From positions 96,001 to 160,000 of the forward strand of contig CAXXFV010000006.1 of NCBI GenBank assembly GCA_963674595.2: a DNA stretch of 64,000 nt, in the 5' to 3' direction. This stretch comes from a bacterium. Lineage in GTDB: Bacteria > Zhuqueibacterota > Zhuqueibacteria > Residuimicrobiales > Krinioviventaceae. The notes beneath the pieces were generated by a model. It worked only from the letters and a program-made list of their open reading frames with translations, did no database searches and was not told where the DNA came from. Positions within the stretch are counted from its first letter, which is position 1. Every line of letters begins with the position of its first letter. Position numbers and translations under genes: made by a program. Shown here piece by piece: positions 9,517 to 19,238 of the stretch.

Positions 9517-10980
9517 TTACTTGTTTTGCATTATCCCCATTTTTTCGACGAGATGCATAACATTAATTGTGCGCACGTCGCCCTTTTTTAGAGAAGCTTC
9601 TGCAGCCGCAATCCCGGCGGCATGCCCAAGCGCCATCATTGTGCGCGATAACCGACAACTGGATGCTGCTATGTGGCTAAAGCCCGCCCCTCGACCGGCT
9701 ACCAGCAGATTATCAACTCCTTTCGGAATCAGGCAGCGATAGGGTATTCCATAGCTCTCTTCCACATTGCGCAGCCCGCCGCCGCGCCCGTGAGTATCCA
9801 TTGGATGATCGGCAACCGCGATCATGTCAGGGTGCTTTTGTTTTACCAAACCTGTAACAAGATCGTGTTCCGTCAAGATGTATTCGGTAACGACCCGGTA
9901 GCTCTCCCGGATGCCAAGCATGGGAGCAAAACTATGAAATTTATACCCCTTGAATTCCGGAAATTTTGAAAGCCATTGCCAGTGTACAGTAGTCCGGGAC
10001 TGAGCTAATTCATAAGCCCTGGTGTATCCCGAATCAATCAGGGTATGACCGTCAAGTATCCCCAGAGGATTAACAATTCGATCACCGCCGGGAAGCTGAT
10101 GTACGCTGGCTACCAGCGGCCAACCGTTTGTTTTTGTCTGCGCCGGTATCTCCTGTATTTGTTCTGTGTTACGCATTGTAACTCTGTAACACAGAGATGT
10201 TGCATTTAATGTATTCCCTGGTTTATCGGCCGCATGCGGTTCATTAAACCGTTCCCGACCGTCCTCGCCAAGCATCACCTCACAACCTGCGTCACGACAC
10301 ACATACGCTCCGCCGGTACAGTCGATAAAGACGATACTGCGGATTTCCCGGGTTCCTCCATTTGCGTCTTTTACGATAATGGACTCGATTTGTCGTTTTT
10401 TCATGTTTGCGTGCAGGAAACTGGTGGAGAGCAGGACCCGGCATTTTTCAGTCGATGCGAGAAGGTACCATGCCGCTTTGTGGAAAGCAGCCGGATCAAA
10501 TACCACGGCGTGAAAGTTTTTTTCCGGTACGCCGGCACGCTGCGTGGTGCTGCTATATGTTAGTTTTGGATCCGGTATCAACAACGCACCGAACCGTGTT
10601 GGCGTCCGCACGGTAACGCCGACACTCTGAGGTAGACGGCTCAGTTGTTCATATATCTCCCGGGCGAACGAGCACCCCGGTCCCGGTTCCCAGCGGCAGA
10701 CATAGGCTCCTGTTGATGTTCCTCCCAGTTCCTCTCGTTTTTCCACCAGTATCACATCCGCTCCTGCCCGCGCTGCTGCCAGCGCCGCACCGATACCGGC
10801 ACTCCCGCCCCCAATAACACAAACGTCACAAACGATGTTCTCTTTTTTTGTCTCAGCGGCAGGCAATGCTGAGGACAGAAACAAGATGCACCAGACTAAA
10901 AGAACAAACCACCGACAGTTAATTATTATCCAGCCAAACATTCTAACAACAAAATAATCGGAATATAACCTTGAATCCAA
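9517..10980 (-). CDS. FAD-dependent oxidoreductase (PF12831-type), probably secreted; true start may be ~13 codons downstream
   Basis: DVCVIGGGSAGIGAALAAARAG, 'FIDCTG', 'GIRESYRV', 'YGIPYRCLIP..NLLVAGR' and 'MMALGHAAG'. Confidence 0.85.
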   Translation of the reverse strand: MDSRLYSDYFVVRMFGWIIINCRWFVLLVWCILFLSSALPAAETKKENIVCDVCVIGGGSAGIGAALAAARAGADVILVEKREELGGTSTGAYVCRWEPGPGCSFAREIYEQLSRLPQSVGVTVRTPTRFGALLIPDPKLTYSSTTQRAGVPEKNFHAVVFDPAAFHKAAWYLLASTEKCRVLLSTSFLHANMKKRQIESIIVKDANGGTREIRSIVFIDCTGGAYVCRDAGCEVMLGEDGRERFNEPHAADKPGNTLNATSLCYRVTMRNTEQIQEIPAQTKTNGWPLVASVHQLPGGDRIVNPLGILDGHTLIDSGYTRAYELAQSRTTVHWQWLSKFPEFKGYKFHSFAPMLGIRESYRVVTEYILTEHDLVTGLVKQKHPDMIAVADHPMDTHGRGGGLRNVEESYGIPYRCLIPKGVDNLLVAGRGAGFSHIAASSCRLSRTMMALGHAAGIAAAEASLKKGDVRTINVMHLVEKMGIMQNK

Positions 10981-11140
10981 CTCAATTTCTTCCTTATGTA
11001 TTCTACGAATCCCGTTTCATGATGGAAAATCAGCCAGATTTGTTTTATAATTACTCGTAAATGATCATCCAACCTGAAAAACAAACCTGGACCGGCAAAA
11101 ACATAATACTAATTCTTAAATAACCGCGCAAGTTGTTTTT
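10974..11140 (-). repeat. Triplicated ~170-bp promoter-leader element, copy 2
   Basis: TTGCGC (11126-11131)-17-TATTAT (11103-11108); shares GGAAAATCAGCCAG..TTGTTT, CTGAAAAACAAAC and TAACCGCGCAAGTTGTTTTT with copy 1. Confidence 0.85.
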
Positions 11141-11286
11141 ATATAATTATTTTTTCTAATCTGTTATCAAGATTAAAAATAAAACCCCCTCTGATTAAGA
11201 TGTTGGAAAAATGAGTGTTCTAATAATTAATAGAAACCGAAAAATCTATAAGCTGCTTTTAACGGATTTTAATTGTTGAATATTTT

Positions 11287-11967
11287 TTATTCTATCCGTA
11301 CCTCACTCAGTAAAACACAGGATATTTTATTTGCTTTTGTTCCAAAGGTAAAATTTTGCACCGGTCCTGAAAGCAGCGTGGATTCCTGTGCGATCACGGT
11401 CCCGCCGATATTATCATAGTTATCCGTTGCTGTAACTACCGAAGGAGAATTTGATGTCACGGTAATCCGGGTGTAATACCATGTGTCGTCTGAAATAACG
11501 TTCGACCCATCCGAGGCATAGTTTGTGCTCAAATTCAGCACCCGACAGGATGGAAACCAGTTTGTGGAATCTGAATAAAGGTCTATTGTAATGTTCATCA
11601 TTCTGCCGTCGCTGTTTGTTTTCCACTTGAGAAAAATACTGTTATCTATTGCAGAACTATTTGCAGCAAGATGAACCGCTTTGTTGGTTTGGCTATCGTT
11701 GCCGTAAATTTTTAAACCCTCTGTAACGCATTCAAATACGCCTTTTGCCGGTGTGACGTGCTCAACAACAGGTTCTGTAACGATACATTCCCAGTTTGAT
11801 AAATTCAACACCTGAGCAGGAGGGGTGGTGGAAAATGTTATACTGTCTACCTGCGAAAGATCAAAACTGTCCGAGGTTTGGTCTGTTTTATATATTGTAA
11901 GGGATTGTGAAAAAACGATATTTGACAGCAATAAAAATGTCAGCAGTGTTATTTTTTTCATTTTCAT
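11287..11967 (-). CDS. Hypothetical secreted protein with short N-terminal 'DSITFS' module and beta-rich domain
   Basis: 226 aa; signal peptide MKKITLLTFLLLSNIVFSQ. Confidence 0.75.
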   Translation of the reverse strand: MKMKKITLLTFLLLSNIVFSQSLTIYKTDQTSDSFDLSQVDSITFSTTPPAQVLNLSNWECIVTEPVVEHVTPAKGVFECVTEGLKIYGNDSQTNKAVHLAANSSAIDNSIFLKWKTNSDGRMMNITIDLYSDSTNWFPSCRVLNLSTNYASDGSNVISDDTWYYTRITVTSNSPSVVTATDNYDNIGGTVIAQESTLLSGPVQNFTFGTKANKISCVLLSEVRIE

Positions 11968-11974
11968 ATCTCTT

Positions 11975-12433
11975 TTATTTTACAAACAACATTTTTTTGG
12001 TAATAAGCGAATTTGCAAACGATACCTGATAGATGTACAAACCGGTAGCAACCGGCTGTCCGCTATCGTTATCTCCGTTCGAGGTGATGGTATATGCACC
12101 TTGTGCGGCATGTGTATTTTCAAATGATTTGACTAATTGTCCGTTAATGTTGAAAATTTTTATTTGAACGTTGCCTTTTTCCGGAATCTGGTATTCAATG
12201 GTTGTACTGGGATTAAAGGGATTGGGATAATTTTGCAGCAATTTAAATGTTTTGATAACAGTATTTATTTCTTTGTCTCCGTCCACACTTGAAAAATTCG
12301 AAAAAACCAGTTTTTGTATGTCCGCAACCGGAATGACCGTTGCATTTCCGTTTGACCATACCGTTAAATAATATGTTTGCGAATAAAGAGCGCCTGTGCA
12401 TAACAGAAAAAGTATTAATGTTATTTTTTTCAT
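11975..12433 (-). CDS. Small secreted protein: short N-terminal module + T9SS-type/FlgD-like C-terminal sorting domain
   Basis: Start moved to MKKITL (12433). 'LLQNYPNPFNPSTTIEY...IFNINGQLVK...GLYIY..KKMLFVK'. Confidence 0.8.
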   Translation of the reverse strand: MKKITLILFLLCTGALYSQTYYLTVWSNGNATVIPVADIQKLVFSNFSSVDGDKEINTVIKTFKLLQNYPNPFNPSTTIEYQIPEKGNVQIKIFNINGQLVKSFENTHAAQGAYTITSNGDNDSGQPVATGLYIYQVSFANSLITKKMLFVK

Positions 12434-12474
12434 AATAATTCCTAAATCGTTAATCAACTGCATCTGTTAAACAT

Positions 12475-13873
12475 TTAAAAAGACACATTTGTGACTTTGT
12501 TTGAAAGTGTAAAGGTTTTTTTCAATGTTCCACCCGAATAGGCCCCGCCCACATATAAACCATTTGCGTTGGTGCCGGTTGATGTGCCGCCCGTGTAAAT
12601 AGAATAGGTCGCTCCGTTTTTTAATTCCGGAGAAGAAAAAACCACATAATATACATTTCGGACCGGTTTGAATGTGACCAGGTTGTTACCGCTTGCATCC
12701 TGAATATGGAACAGAGTGGAAGAACCGAACATTGAGTTGGTTGTTGCTTTAATTGCATACTGCTCAGAACTTGTGCTGGTTGCTTCAATCATATTGCCGG
12801 AATTCGGTCCGGTAGCAATCAATAATCCACCGGATACTTTAAAAGTCCCGTTATAATCCAAAGCAACTTCAGGATTTGAAGTTGGGCCGTGGACCACAAC
12901 CGTTCCACCGGTCATCACAATGTTGCCATTGCTGTCCAGTCCGTCACCTTTTGTTGTATTGAGAGATATGTTGCCGCCATTCAGATAGAGATAGCTGACG
13001 TCGTTGGCTTCACCGCCGTTTCCTTTGGTGGCATTAAATCCGTCGTCGCTTGCAAGGATACTGACCTCGCCATTGTTTACCGTAATTTCCGGGGCTTCAA
13101 TTCCTTCAGTTGATTCTGTTATGGCAAGTATACCGTTGTTTATAGTGACTGATGTTTCCGTTCTCTATCCGGATATCATCATCGCTGCAAAGAGCGTGTT
13201 GCTCTGATCCTTTTCCGTTGATTGTTAAACTGCCGGTCCCATTAAAAACAATCGTACCTTCACTAAAAAAAGCGGCGCCCTGTTCTTCTGTTTCACCGGA
13301 ATCGTTGACGATTTCATCACTGTAGGAAGCGCCGTCTGTCAGAATATTGGTGGTACCATCGACCAACGTTACGGTTGCTTTTTTCTTTGACTGACTATTT
13401 ATTGCCGGTCCGTTTGGATTGGTTATGTTTATATTATTAAAAAACAGGTAAAACTTTTTTTCACTGTAAATTTTAAACATACCGCTAGACGTTTCCCCTG
13501 AAAGTTTATAGTTAACACCTTGTGCGTCTTCGGTCGCATTTACCGTAACATTTGCCCCATCCACATCAACCGATACGCCTTCAAAGGCCAGGGGATTGAT
13601 AACCGACACATAAGAACCGTTATAATTGATGTATACGGTGTCGGGATTATCTGTAAATGAAATACTGTCAATTTCTGCCATGGAATATTGTACGATCGTA
13701 TTTCCCATACGAAAATTTATCAGATCACCTTTATTACTAAAGTAGATCTCTTCAATATTTGACAGTGAAGCACCCAACGTCATATGATCAGACTTGTGGA
13801 GATACATTTTCCCTTGAGCAAACAAAATTGTACTAAAAAACAGGCATGCAAATAATAGAATGTTTTTTTTCAT
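12475..13873 (-). pseudogene. Cthe_2159/DUF4353-type beta-helix carbohydrate-binding protein, frameshifted at ~13150
   Basis: 13873-13151 encodes 'NGPAINSQ..LVDGTTNILTDG..GAAFFSEG..GTGSLTI..HALCSDDDIRIENGNI'. Homologous text resumes in the +1 frame from 13149 ('VTINNG..EGIEA..DDGFNA..GDGLDSNG..MTGGTVVVHGP') to the stop at 12475. Confidence 0.8.
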
Positions 13874-14191
13874 GGTATGACTATTCCACTTTAGGTGATG
13901 AATAAGTAAAACTGGTATTTACTTTAGTTGTTCAAATGATTGGTGAAAAAAAAGTTTAATTTCTTTTTAAACACTTTTATTTTTATTTTCTTGCACTTTT
14001 TTGAAAAACAAATGTTTGTAATTTTATTATGATTAATTGGTTTGGCAGGTGTATCGGATTGTAAATATGAAGTTTGTGTTATGAAAGGAGGGAGTATGAT
14101 AGGCAAAACATGTCAGAATTTTTTAGATTTTGTATATTGATATGTTGGGACCGGAAGAAGGACCCAACACATCAATTAATTTCAAACTTTG

Positions 14192-14530
14192 TTATTCTAC
14201 AATACGGACAGCTGTTCCTGAAAGCCCTGTACGTGCAACAGTGGAATTTATTTTGGAGAGTCTTACATTTATAACAGCATCAGCGCCGATTGAAGCTGCT
14301 TCCTCTTTTAAAATTTCCAAAGCAGCATCCCCATCACCGGGCTTATCAACGGCAACACTTCCGATAACGATATATTTGTAATCAAAAATATCTCCCGAAT
14401 AGACTTTAACATCTTCCGGAGAAGTCGGCTCATATGCCTCGGCCCCGTCCTGAATATAGTGGGTACGTACAGCACAACTGCAAATAAATAAAGCAAAGAC
14501 GACCATAACCTGTAGAATTGATTTTTTCAT
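14192..14530 (-). CDS. YbjQ-like (heavy-metal-binding fold) lipoprotein
   Basis: Lipoprotein-like signal peptide with Cys; 'LKEEAASIGADAVINVRL..GTAVRI'. Confidence 0.7.
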   Translation of the reverse strand: MKKSILQVMVVFALFICSCAVRTHYIQDGAEAYEPTSPEDVKVYSGDIFDYKYIVIGSVAVDKPGDGDAALEILKEEAASIGADAVINVRLSKINSTVARTGLSGTAVRIVE

Positions 14531-14542
14531 TAGAGACCTCCT

Positions 14543-14890
14543 TTATTGCAGTTTAACTGCTGTACCATATGCCTTTATTGCGGATTGCCAGTATCCAGAG
14601 TCAATTTCCAGTCTGAGATTGATAATAGCATCCGCACCTAATTGTGCAGCCTGTTTTTTCAAATGCCCTACAGCCGTTTCGGCATTTTCACCTGCATCCG
14701 CATCTGCAACGACCTCTCCGATTACTACATAATCGGCATCGATTTTTGACGTAGAATATACTTTTACGTCAGATGCCGGAACCGGTTCAAAGGAAGAATC
14801 CGGATAATCATCAGTATTTATATGAGCAACTGAAGAACAACCCGCTACAATTAGTACGGCAAACAATCCAGTGACAAGTAATTTGAACAT
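14543..14890 (-). CDS. YbjQ-like lipoprotein, tandem paralog
   Basis: Lipobox VAGC; 'LKKQAAQLGADAIINLRL..YGTAVKL'; AAGGAGG RBS. Confidence 0.75.
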   Translation of the reverse strand: MFKLLVTGLFAVLIVAGCSSVAHINTDDYPDSSFEPVPASDVKVYSTSKIDADYVVIGEVVADADAGENAETAVGHLKKQAAQLGADAIINLRLEIDSGYWQSAIKAYGTAVKLQ

Positions 14891-15096
14891 AGACAGCCTC
14901 CTTATATAGTAATGGGATTAAAAAAGTGAATGATTTTAATTTTACTTTCCCCTAAATCACCAATCAAGGTTGACCCTGTGGATAAATTTAGTATTTTTCC
15001 AATATAAAATTATTAAAACATAAATACAATAAAATAAACAAGTTTTTTTAGTTTTTTTTATTCTCAATAGCTTTAAGTGTTTACCTGATCGCTCAT

Positions 15097-17442
15097 TTAA
15101 ATCCTTGGTTCATACATTTCTTTAGAAAACGACATACGGCAGCACAATCCATTTCCGTTGATGAACTTTATGTTGCCTTCCAGTTGATCTCTAACCAAAT
15201 CAATGACTGTTTGAAGTCCTAGATGAATATCTTTTTCAAAATCAAAATCTTTTGGTAATCCTATCCCGTTATCCGCAATTTCCAGCACGAGAACATTTTT
15301 TGTATTTATATGCATCGATATCTGAATTTTACCACGCCTTTTATCAGGGAAAGCATGTTTAATTGAGTTGGTCAACAATTCATTAATAACAAGCCCGATT
15401 GGAATGGCCGTATCTATCAAAACATCTGCGCCCTTTATGTTAATTTCTATTGTTAAATTTCTCATAATTTCTAAAAAGCATTGTTTTATTAATGAAACCA
15501 GACTCTTGATAAAGTCTTCCAAATTAATATGGGATAAATCTTTGGATTCGTATAGTTTTTGATGGACGAGCGACATACATTGAATTTTGTTCTCAATATC
15601 TGTAAATGCGCTTTCAAGTTCTTTGTTTTTAATCGTCCGTGATTTTAGACGAAGCATAGAGGAAATAATTTGCATGTTGTTTTTAGTTCGATGATAAAGT
15701 TCTCGAAGCAGTATTTCTTTTTCACTCAAGTTTTTTTTGATTTCTTCTTCTGCGCGTTTCCGTTCGGTGATATCCCGAAAAATACCTTGCAGAACCTTTC
15801 TGCCGCCAATTTCCAGTGCTGTTGCGCTGATTCGAACCGGAATAACCTGACCGGACTGGCCAATTACCACTGATTCGATGTCAGAGACCTGACCGATATT
15901 AACATGGTTGATAAATTTGTCTGTATATTGATCTGTATCAGGGTGTAAAATGATACGGTTTTTTCCTTTAATCTCACTCCGGGGCAAACCCAATAGTTTT
16001 TCGGCCATCTTGTTTGCATCAATAATAATCTCAGTTTCAACGTCGGCAATAAAGATGGCATCTCCGGCGTTTTCAAATAGAGCACGATATTTTTCCTCGT
16101 TATCACGTAACGCTTGTTCGATTTTGTTTCGTTCCGTAATATCTCTCATTATACCTACACTAAAAATTTCTTCATTATGCTTATATGTAGAAACTCGCAC
16201 ATCCATGTCAAAAACAGTACCATCTTTTGTTAAACCCTTTGTTTCATAAAGTGTCGGTGTCGGTTTTCCCATGGAACGGTTAATCGCAAGGCTACGAATC
16301 CATGCTCGTTCCGACGGTGCGATTTGGTCAATAAGAGGGCTCCCGATCAATTCCGAATCGTCACGAAAACCAAACAATTTCAGGTAAGCTTGATTGACCA
16401 TATAGGTTCTACCTGATTTGCTTACACCTATGGCATAACCGGCTTCATCAAACAACGCACGAAGTTTTGTTTCGTTCTCTTTTAATCTGTCTTCATTGTG
16501 TTTAAAATCTGTTATATCTACATTTGTACCAATTATACGGACAGGCTCGCCATTATTGTCCAAAAATGTACGGGAAACTGCTTTTATAAAACGGATTGAA
16601 CCATCGGGAAGGATAACGCGGAATTCCGGTGCATATTCTTTTTCGCCCCGAAGAGCTGCCTGGATTTCACCCTTTATTCTCGTTTTATCTTCAGGATGAA
16701 GAATATCTAACCATGCCTTGTAGGCAACTTTAGAATCTTTTTGACTGATACCATATAGACGATACATACTTTCGTCCCAGATCAAGTGGTTGTTGTTGAT
16801 ATTCCAATCCCAGATGCCGATATTGCTTGCAGCGGTGGCTAGCTTCAGGCGTTCGATCGTTTTATCTAGTTCCTGAGTCCGTTTTTTGACCCTTGACTCC
16901 AGAGTTTTGTTAATCCTCTCAAGTTCTTTTTCAACACGTTTTCGTTTTTCAATTTCAAATAGCAGCTTTAACTGGTCTTCGATAATTGTTTTGAAAGACC
17001 AGAGCAGATCTTTGTATACAGGATTATCCTTTTGGGACCGAATCGGTTTTGAATCCAAAACGCAGATCGTACCAAAAGTTTCACCGGTCGGCCAATGGAG
17101 TGGAATGCCCAGATATGAAATCATGTTAAGAGGGACATCTGGATTGTTTTTCCATTTTTCATGTTGAAGTGCGTCATCCACATAAAGCATACTGTCTTCA
17201 TTCATAACTGTTTCACAATAAAGCTTGCCGTGCAGGTGTTCCGAAGCGCCTACTTTGTAGGGGTTACCTTTTGTTTCACTGCTTACAAGGACTTCGATTT
17301 GCTTTTGGCTCACCTTCATTATAAGACCAGCCGGGACCTGGAATATGTCTGCCAAAGAATTGACTATATTCTGCCACTTTTGGACAGTATCATCCGGTAC
17401 TATCCTTTCCAGAACATTGAATTTAATTTTATACCCATCCAT
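15097..17442 (-). CDS. GAF + 3xPAS sensor histidine kinase (HisKA_2 type)
   Basis: GAF ('SYLGIPL..GTICVLD'), PAS/PAC repeats ending DIT(D/E)(F/R), 'ELYHRTKNNMQIISS', 'NELLTNSIKHAF' and 'DNGIG'. Start set at ATG 17442 with GAGGGA RBS (ORF track start is 17520). Confidence 0.9.
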   Translation of the reverse strand: MDGYKIKFNVLERIVPDDTVQKWQNIVNSLADIFQVPAGLIMKVSQKQIEVLVSSETKGNPYKVGASEHLHGKLYCETVMNEDSMLYVDDALQHEKWKNNPDVPLNMISYLGIPLHWPTGETFGTICVLDSKPIRSQKDNPVYKDLLWSFKTIIEDQLKLLFEIEKRKRVEKELERINKTLESRVKKRTQELDKTIERLKLATAASNIGIWDWNINNNHLIWDESMYRLYGISQKDSKVAYKAWLDILHPEDKTRIKGEIQAALRGEKEYAPEFRVILPDGSIRFIKAVSRTFLDNNGEPVRIIGTNVDITDFKHNEDRLKENETKLRALFDEAGYAIGVSKSGRTYMVNQAYLKLFGFRDDSELIGSPLIDQIAPSERAWIRSLAINRSMGKPTPTLYETKGLTKDGTVFDMDVRVSTYKHNEEIFSVGIMRDITERNKIEQALRDNEEKYRALFENAGDAIFIADVETEIIIDANKMAEKLLGLPRSEIKGKNRIILHPDTDQYTDKFINHVNIGQVSDIESVVIGQSGQVIPVRISATALEIGGRKVLQGIFRDITERKRAEEEIKKNLSEKEILLRELYHRTKNNMQIISSMLRLKSRTIKNKELESAFTDIENKIQCMSLVHQKLYESKDLSHINLEDFIKSLVSLIKQCFLEIMRNLTIEINIKGADVLIDTAIPIGLVINELLTNSIKHAFPDKRRGKIQISMHINTKNVLVLEIADNGIGLPKDFDFEKDIHLGLQTVIDLVRDQLEGNIKFINGNGLCCRMSFSKEMYEPRI

Positions 17443-17762
17443 TGTTCTTTTTCCCTCGTATACATTTATCAGATACTTTAACGTTACTGTTTTATCCGGA
17501 TAGTTTAGGTAATTAAACAAGATAATTATGGTATAGCTGTTTGGATATGCGTGTAATGCATCAGGAGAACTAGTCCAAACAGCACCGTTATATTAACTTG
17601 TATCTATGGATATTATCTCCATTCTTTTAAACTAAGAAGATAAATATTTTATCTGGATCCGATTTTACAAAAAGTATCCAGAGTGTAAAGTGTTAAACTT
17701 CAGTTTAGTGATTTTTTTAGATCTAATAATTTTGTCGGCAGGACAACAGGAATATGATTTTA

Positions 17763-17932
17763 AATCCGACACAATCTCTTCCTTGCTTGACCAGTAAACC
17801 CGTGATTATAAATAATAAATCGTTAAGGTCGCTCCATTAACACCCTTGAACGCCCAATTCTACTGAAAAACAAACCTTTACGATTGATATACATATTATA
17901 CAAATTAAATAATACCAGCGCAAGGGGTTTTT
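17763..17932 (-). repeat. Triplicated ~170-bp promoter-leader element, copy 3 (most diverged)
   Basis: TTGCGC (17918-17923)-17-TATAAT (17895-17900); shares GACACAATCTCTTCCT and CTGAAAAACAAAC with copy 1. Confidence 0.8.
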
Positions 17933-17962
17933 GGGAAAATTCACTAATAAATTGAAGAATCA

Positions 17963-17993
17963 TTCATACAGGGATTTACAATCCCTGTATGAA
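17963..17993 (-). terminator. Perfect 14-bp stem hairpin downstream of the sialidase-like gene
   Basis: TTCATACAGGGATT-tac-AATCCCTGTATGAA; U-tract is weak. Confidence 0.55.
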
Positions 17994-18021
17994 CATTAAT
18001 TATTATGATATTTTGAAATCA

Positions 18022-19089
18022 TTAAAACTCGGGTGGGTTGCCGATAATGGCATATTCATCGAACACGCTATGCATAATGGTGGTCCTGTTATTGGTTGTG
18101 TAAACAATATGTATTTTGCCGTCGCTTGTTTGAATGGCATAGGGATAGGCAAAGGTATTGTCGCCGCCGGCAATATTTCGTTGATAGGGGTAGCTTTTAT
18201 CGCCGTCCACTGAAACCGCCACGGTCAGCGGTGTGCGATCATTCATATTGTTATTATAAACAAGCAGCAAATGGCCGTTGTGCAGTTTGATAAAATCGAC
18301 AGCGGAGTTGGGATTAGGGAATTTGGTCTCTACTGCATCCGTCCAGGTATAGCCGCCGTCACGGGACTCGGAACGCAGCGTGTATCCGTGGTCGGTCGGT
18401 AAAAAATCACCGCCACGACGGATATAGGCAACGAGGTAATCATCCGAAAGCTGGACCACCTGGGCCTGAAGGTTGCCCATTAATGACTTGATTCGGTTGG
18501 TTTCCGTCCATTTTTTGGTTTTGGGATTATAATGCATAAAATAAGAACTGGTTGTTGCCGCCGTCATCTCACGGTCTTGTCCGCTTTCATAGTACATGGG
18601 CAGGAGATAATCGCCATTGTTCAGCACGATTGGCTGTCCCCGCACCATGGTGCCCTCTTGAAAATTGAGCATAAAAGAGTCTGACCAGGTTTGTGCACCG
18701 TCATCGGAAATTTTGACTTTGACGCGGGCGTTGGACCAGGTGTCTCCATAACGATTCACATAAAACAGCCACACACGGCCATCCGGGGCCTGCCACACCA
18801 CGGGATTGCCTTCGCCGCGGTCCGGTGTGTTGGCGATGACAACCGGTTCTGACCATTGCACCTCACCGGTTTTAAGACGGGCGCCGTAAACAGCCGTGTC
18901 GTCGCCGTATTCACCGGAACCGCCATAGTATGCGAGATAAAGGTCCCCATTAGCGAGCTGGGTAATAGATGCCGGGTGTTTGTATTGCCCGGGATGCTCC
19001 GGCCCAAAAACACGATAGGTCTCAATGTTATAACTTTGAGCAAATGCCAAAACACTGAACTGCAGGAAAAAGACAAGGAAATATTTCAT
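18022..19089 (-). CDS. BNR-repeat / sialidase-like (BNR_2) secreted protein
   Basis: Asp-boxes SDDGAQTW, SRDGGYTW and SVDGDKSY; 'PNPNSAVD', 'RTPL' and 'AYPYAIQ..DGKIHIVYT'. Confidence 0.85.
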   Translation of the reverse strand: MKYFLVFFLQFSVLAFAQSYNIETYRVFGPEHPGQYKHPASITQLANGDLYLAYYGGSGEYGDDTAVYGARLKTGEVQWSEPVVIANTPDRGEGNPVVWQAPDGRVWLFYVNRYGDTWSNARVKVKISDDGAQTWSDSFMLNFQEGTMVRGQPIVLNNGDYLLPMYYESGQDREMTAATTSSYFMHYNPKTKKWTETNRIKSLMGNLQAQVVQLSDDYLVAYIRRGGDFLPTDHGYTLRSESRDGGYTWTDAVETKFPNPNSAVDFIKLHNGHLLLVYNNNMNDRTPLTVAVSVDGDKSYPYQRNIAGGDNTFAYPYAIQTSDGKIHIVYTTNNRTTIMHSVFDEYAIIGNPPEF

Positions 19090-19238
19090 GGTCAGTTTCT
19101 CCGTTTTAGGGAATTGTTTTATTCTGTTTGAGGCTGTGCGGGATTATTTTCAATTAAAAAATTGTGTTATAATCTTTAGAATAATTAACAGAAGGGAGGT
19201 GCTGAATTATTTCAGGTTTTGGTGAGGGTTGTTGGTTG
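19055..19238 (-). repeat. ~184-bp direct repeat, copy A (upstream region + first ~12 codons of the sialidase-like gene)
   Basis: Colinear, high similarity with 23374-23556 (e.g. GTCAGTTTCTCCGTTTTA, ATTCTGTTTGAGGCTGTG, GGGATTATTTTCAATTAAAA, GGTGCTGAATTATTTCA). Confidence 0.9.

Noticed and set aside
9302-17932. Triplicated element as a CRISPR array, IS or MITE
   Set aside because: Copies are ~170 bp, kilobases apart, without regular spacers, terminal inverted repeats, target duplications or a transposase.
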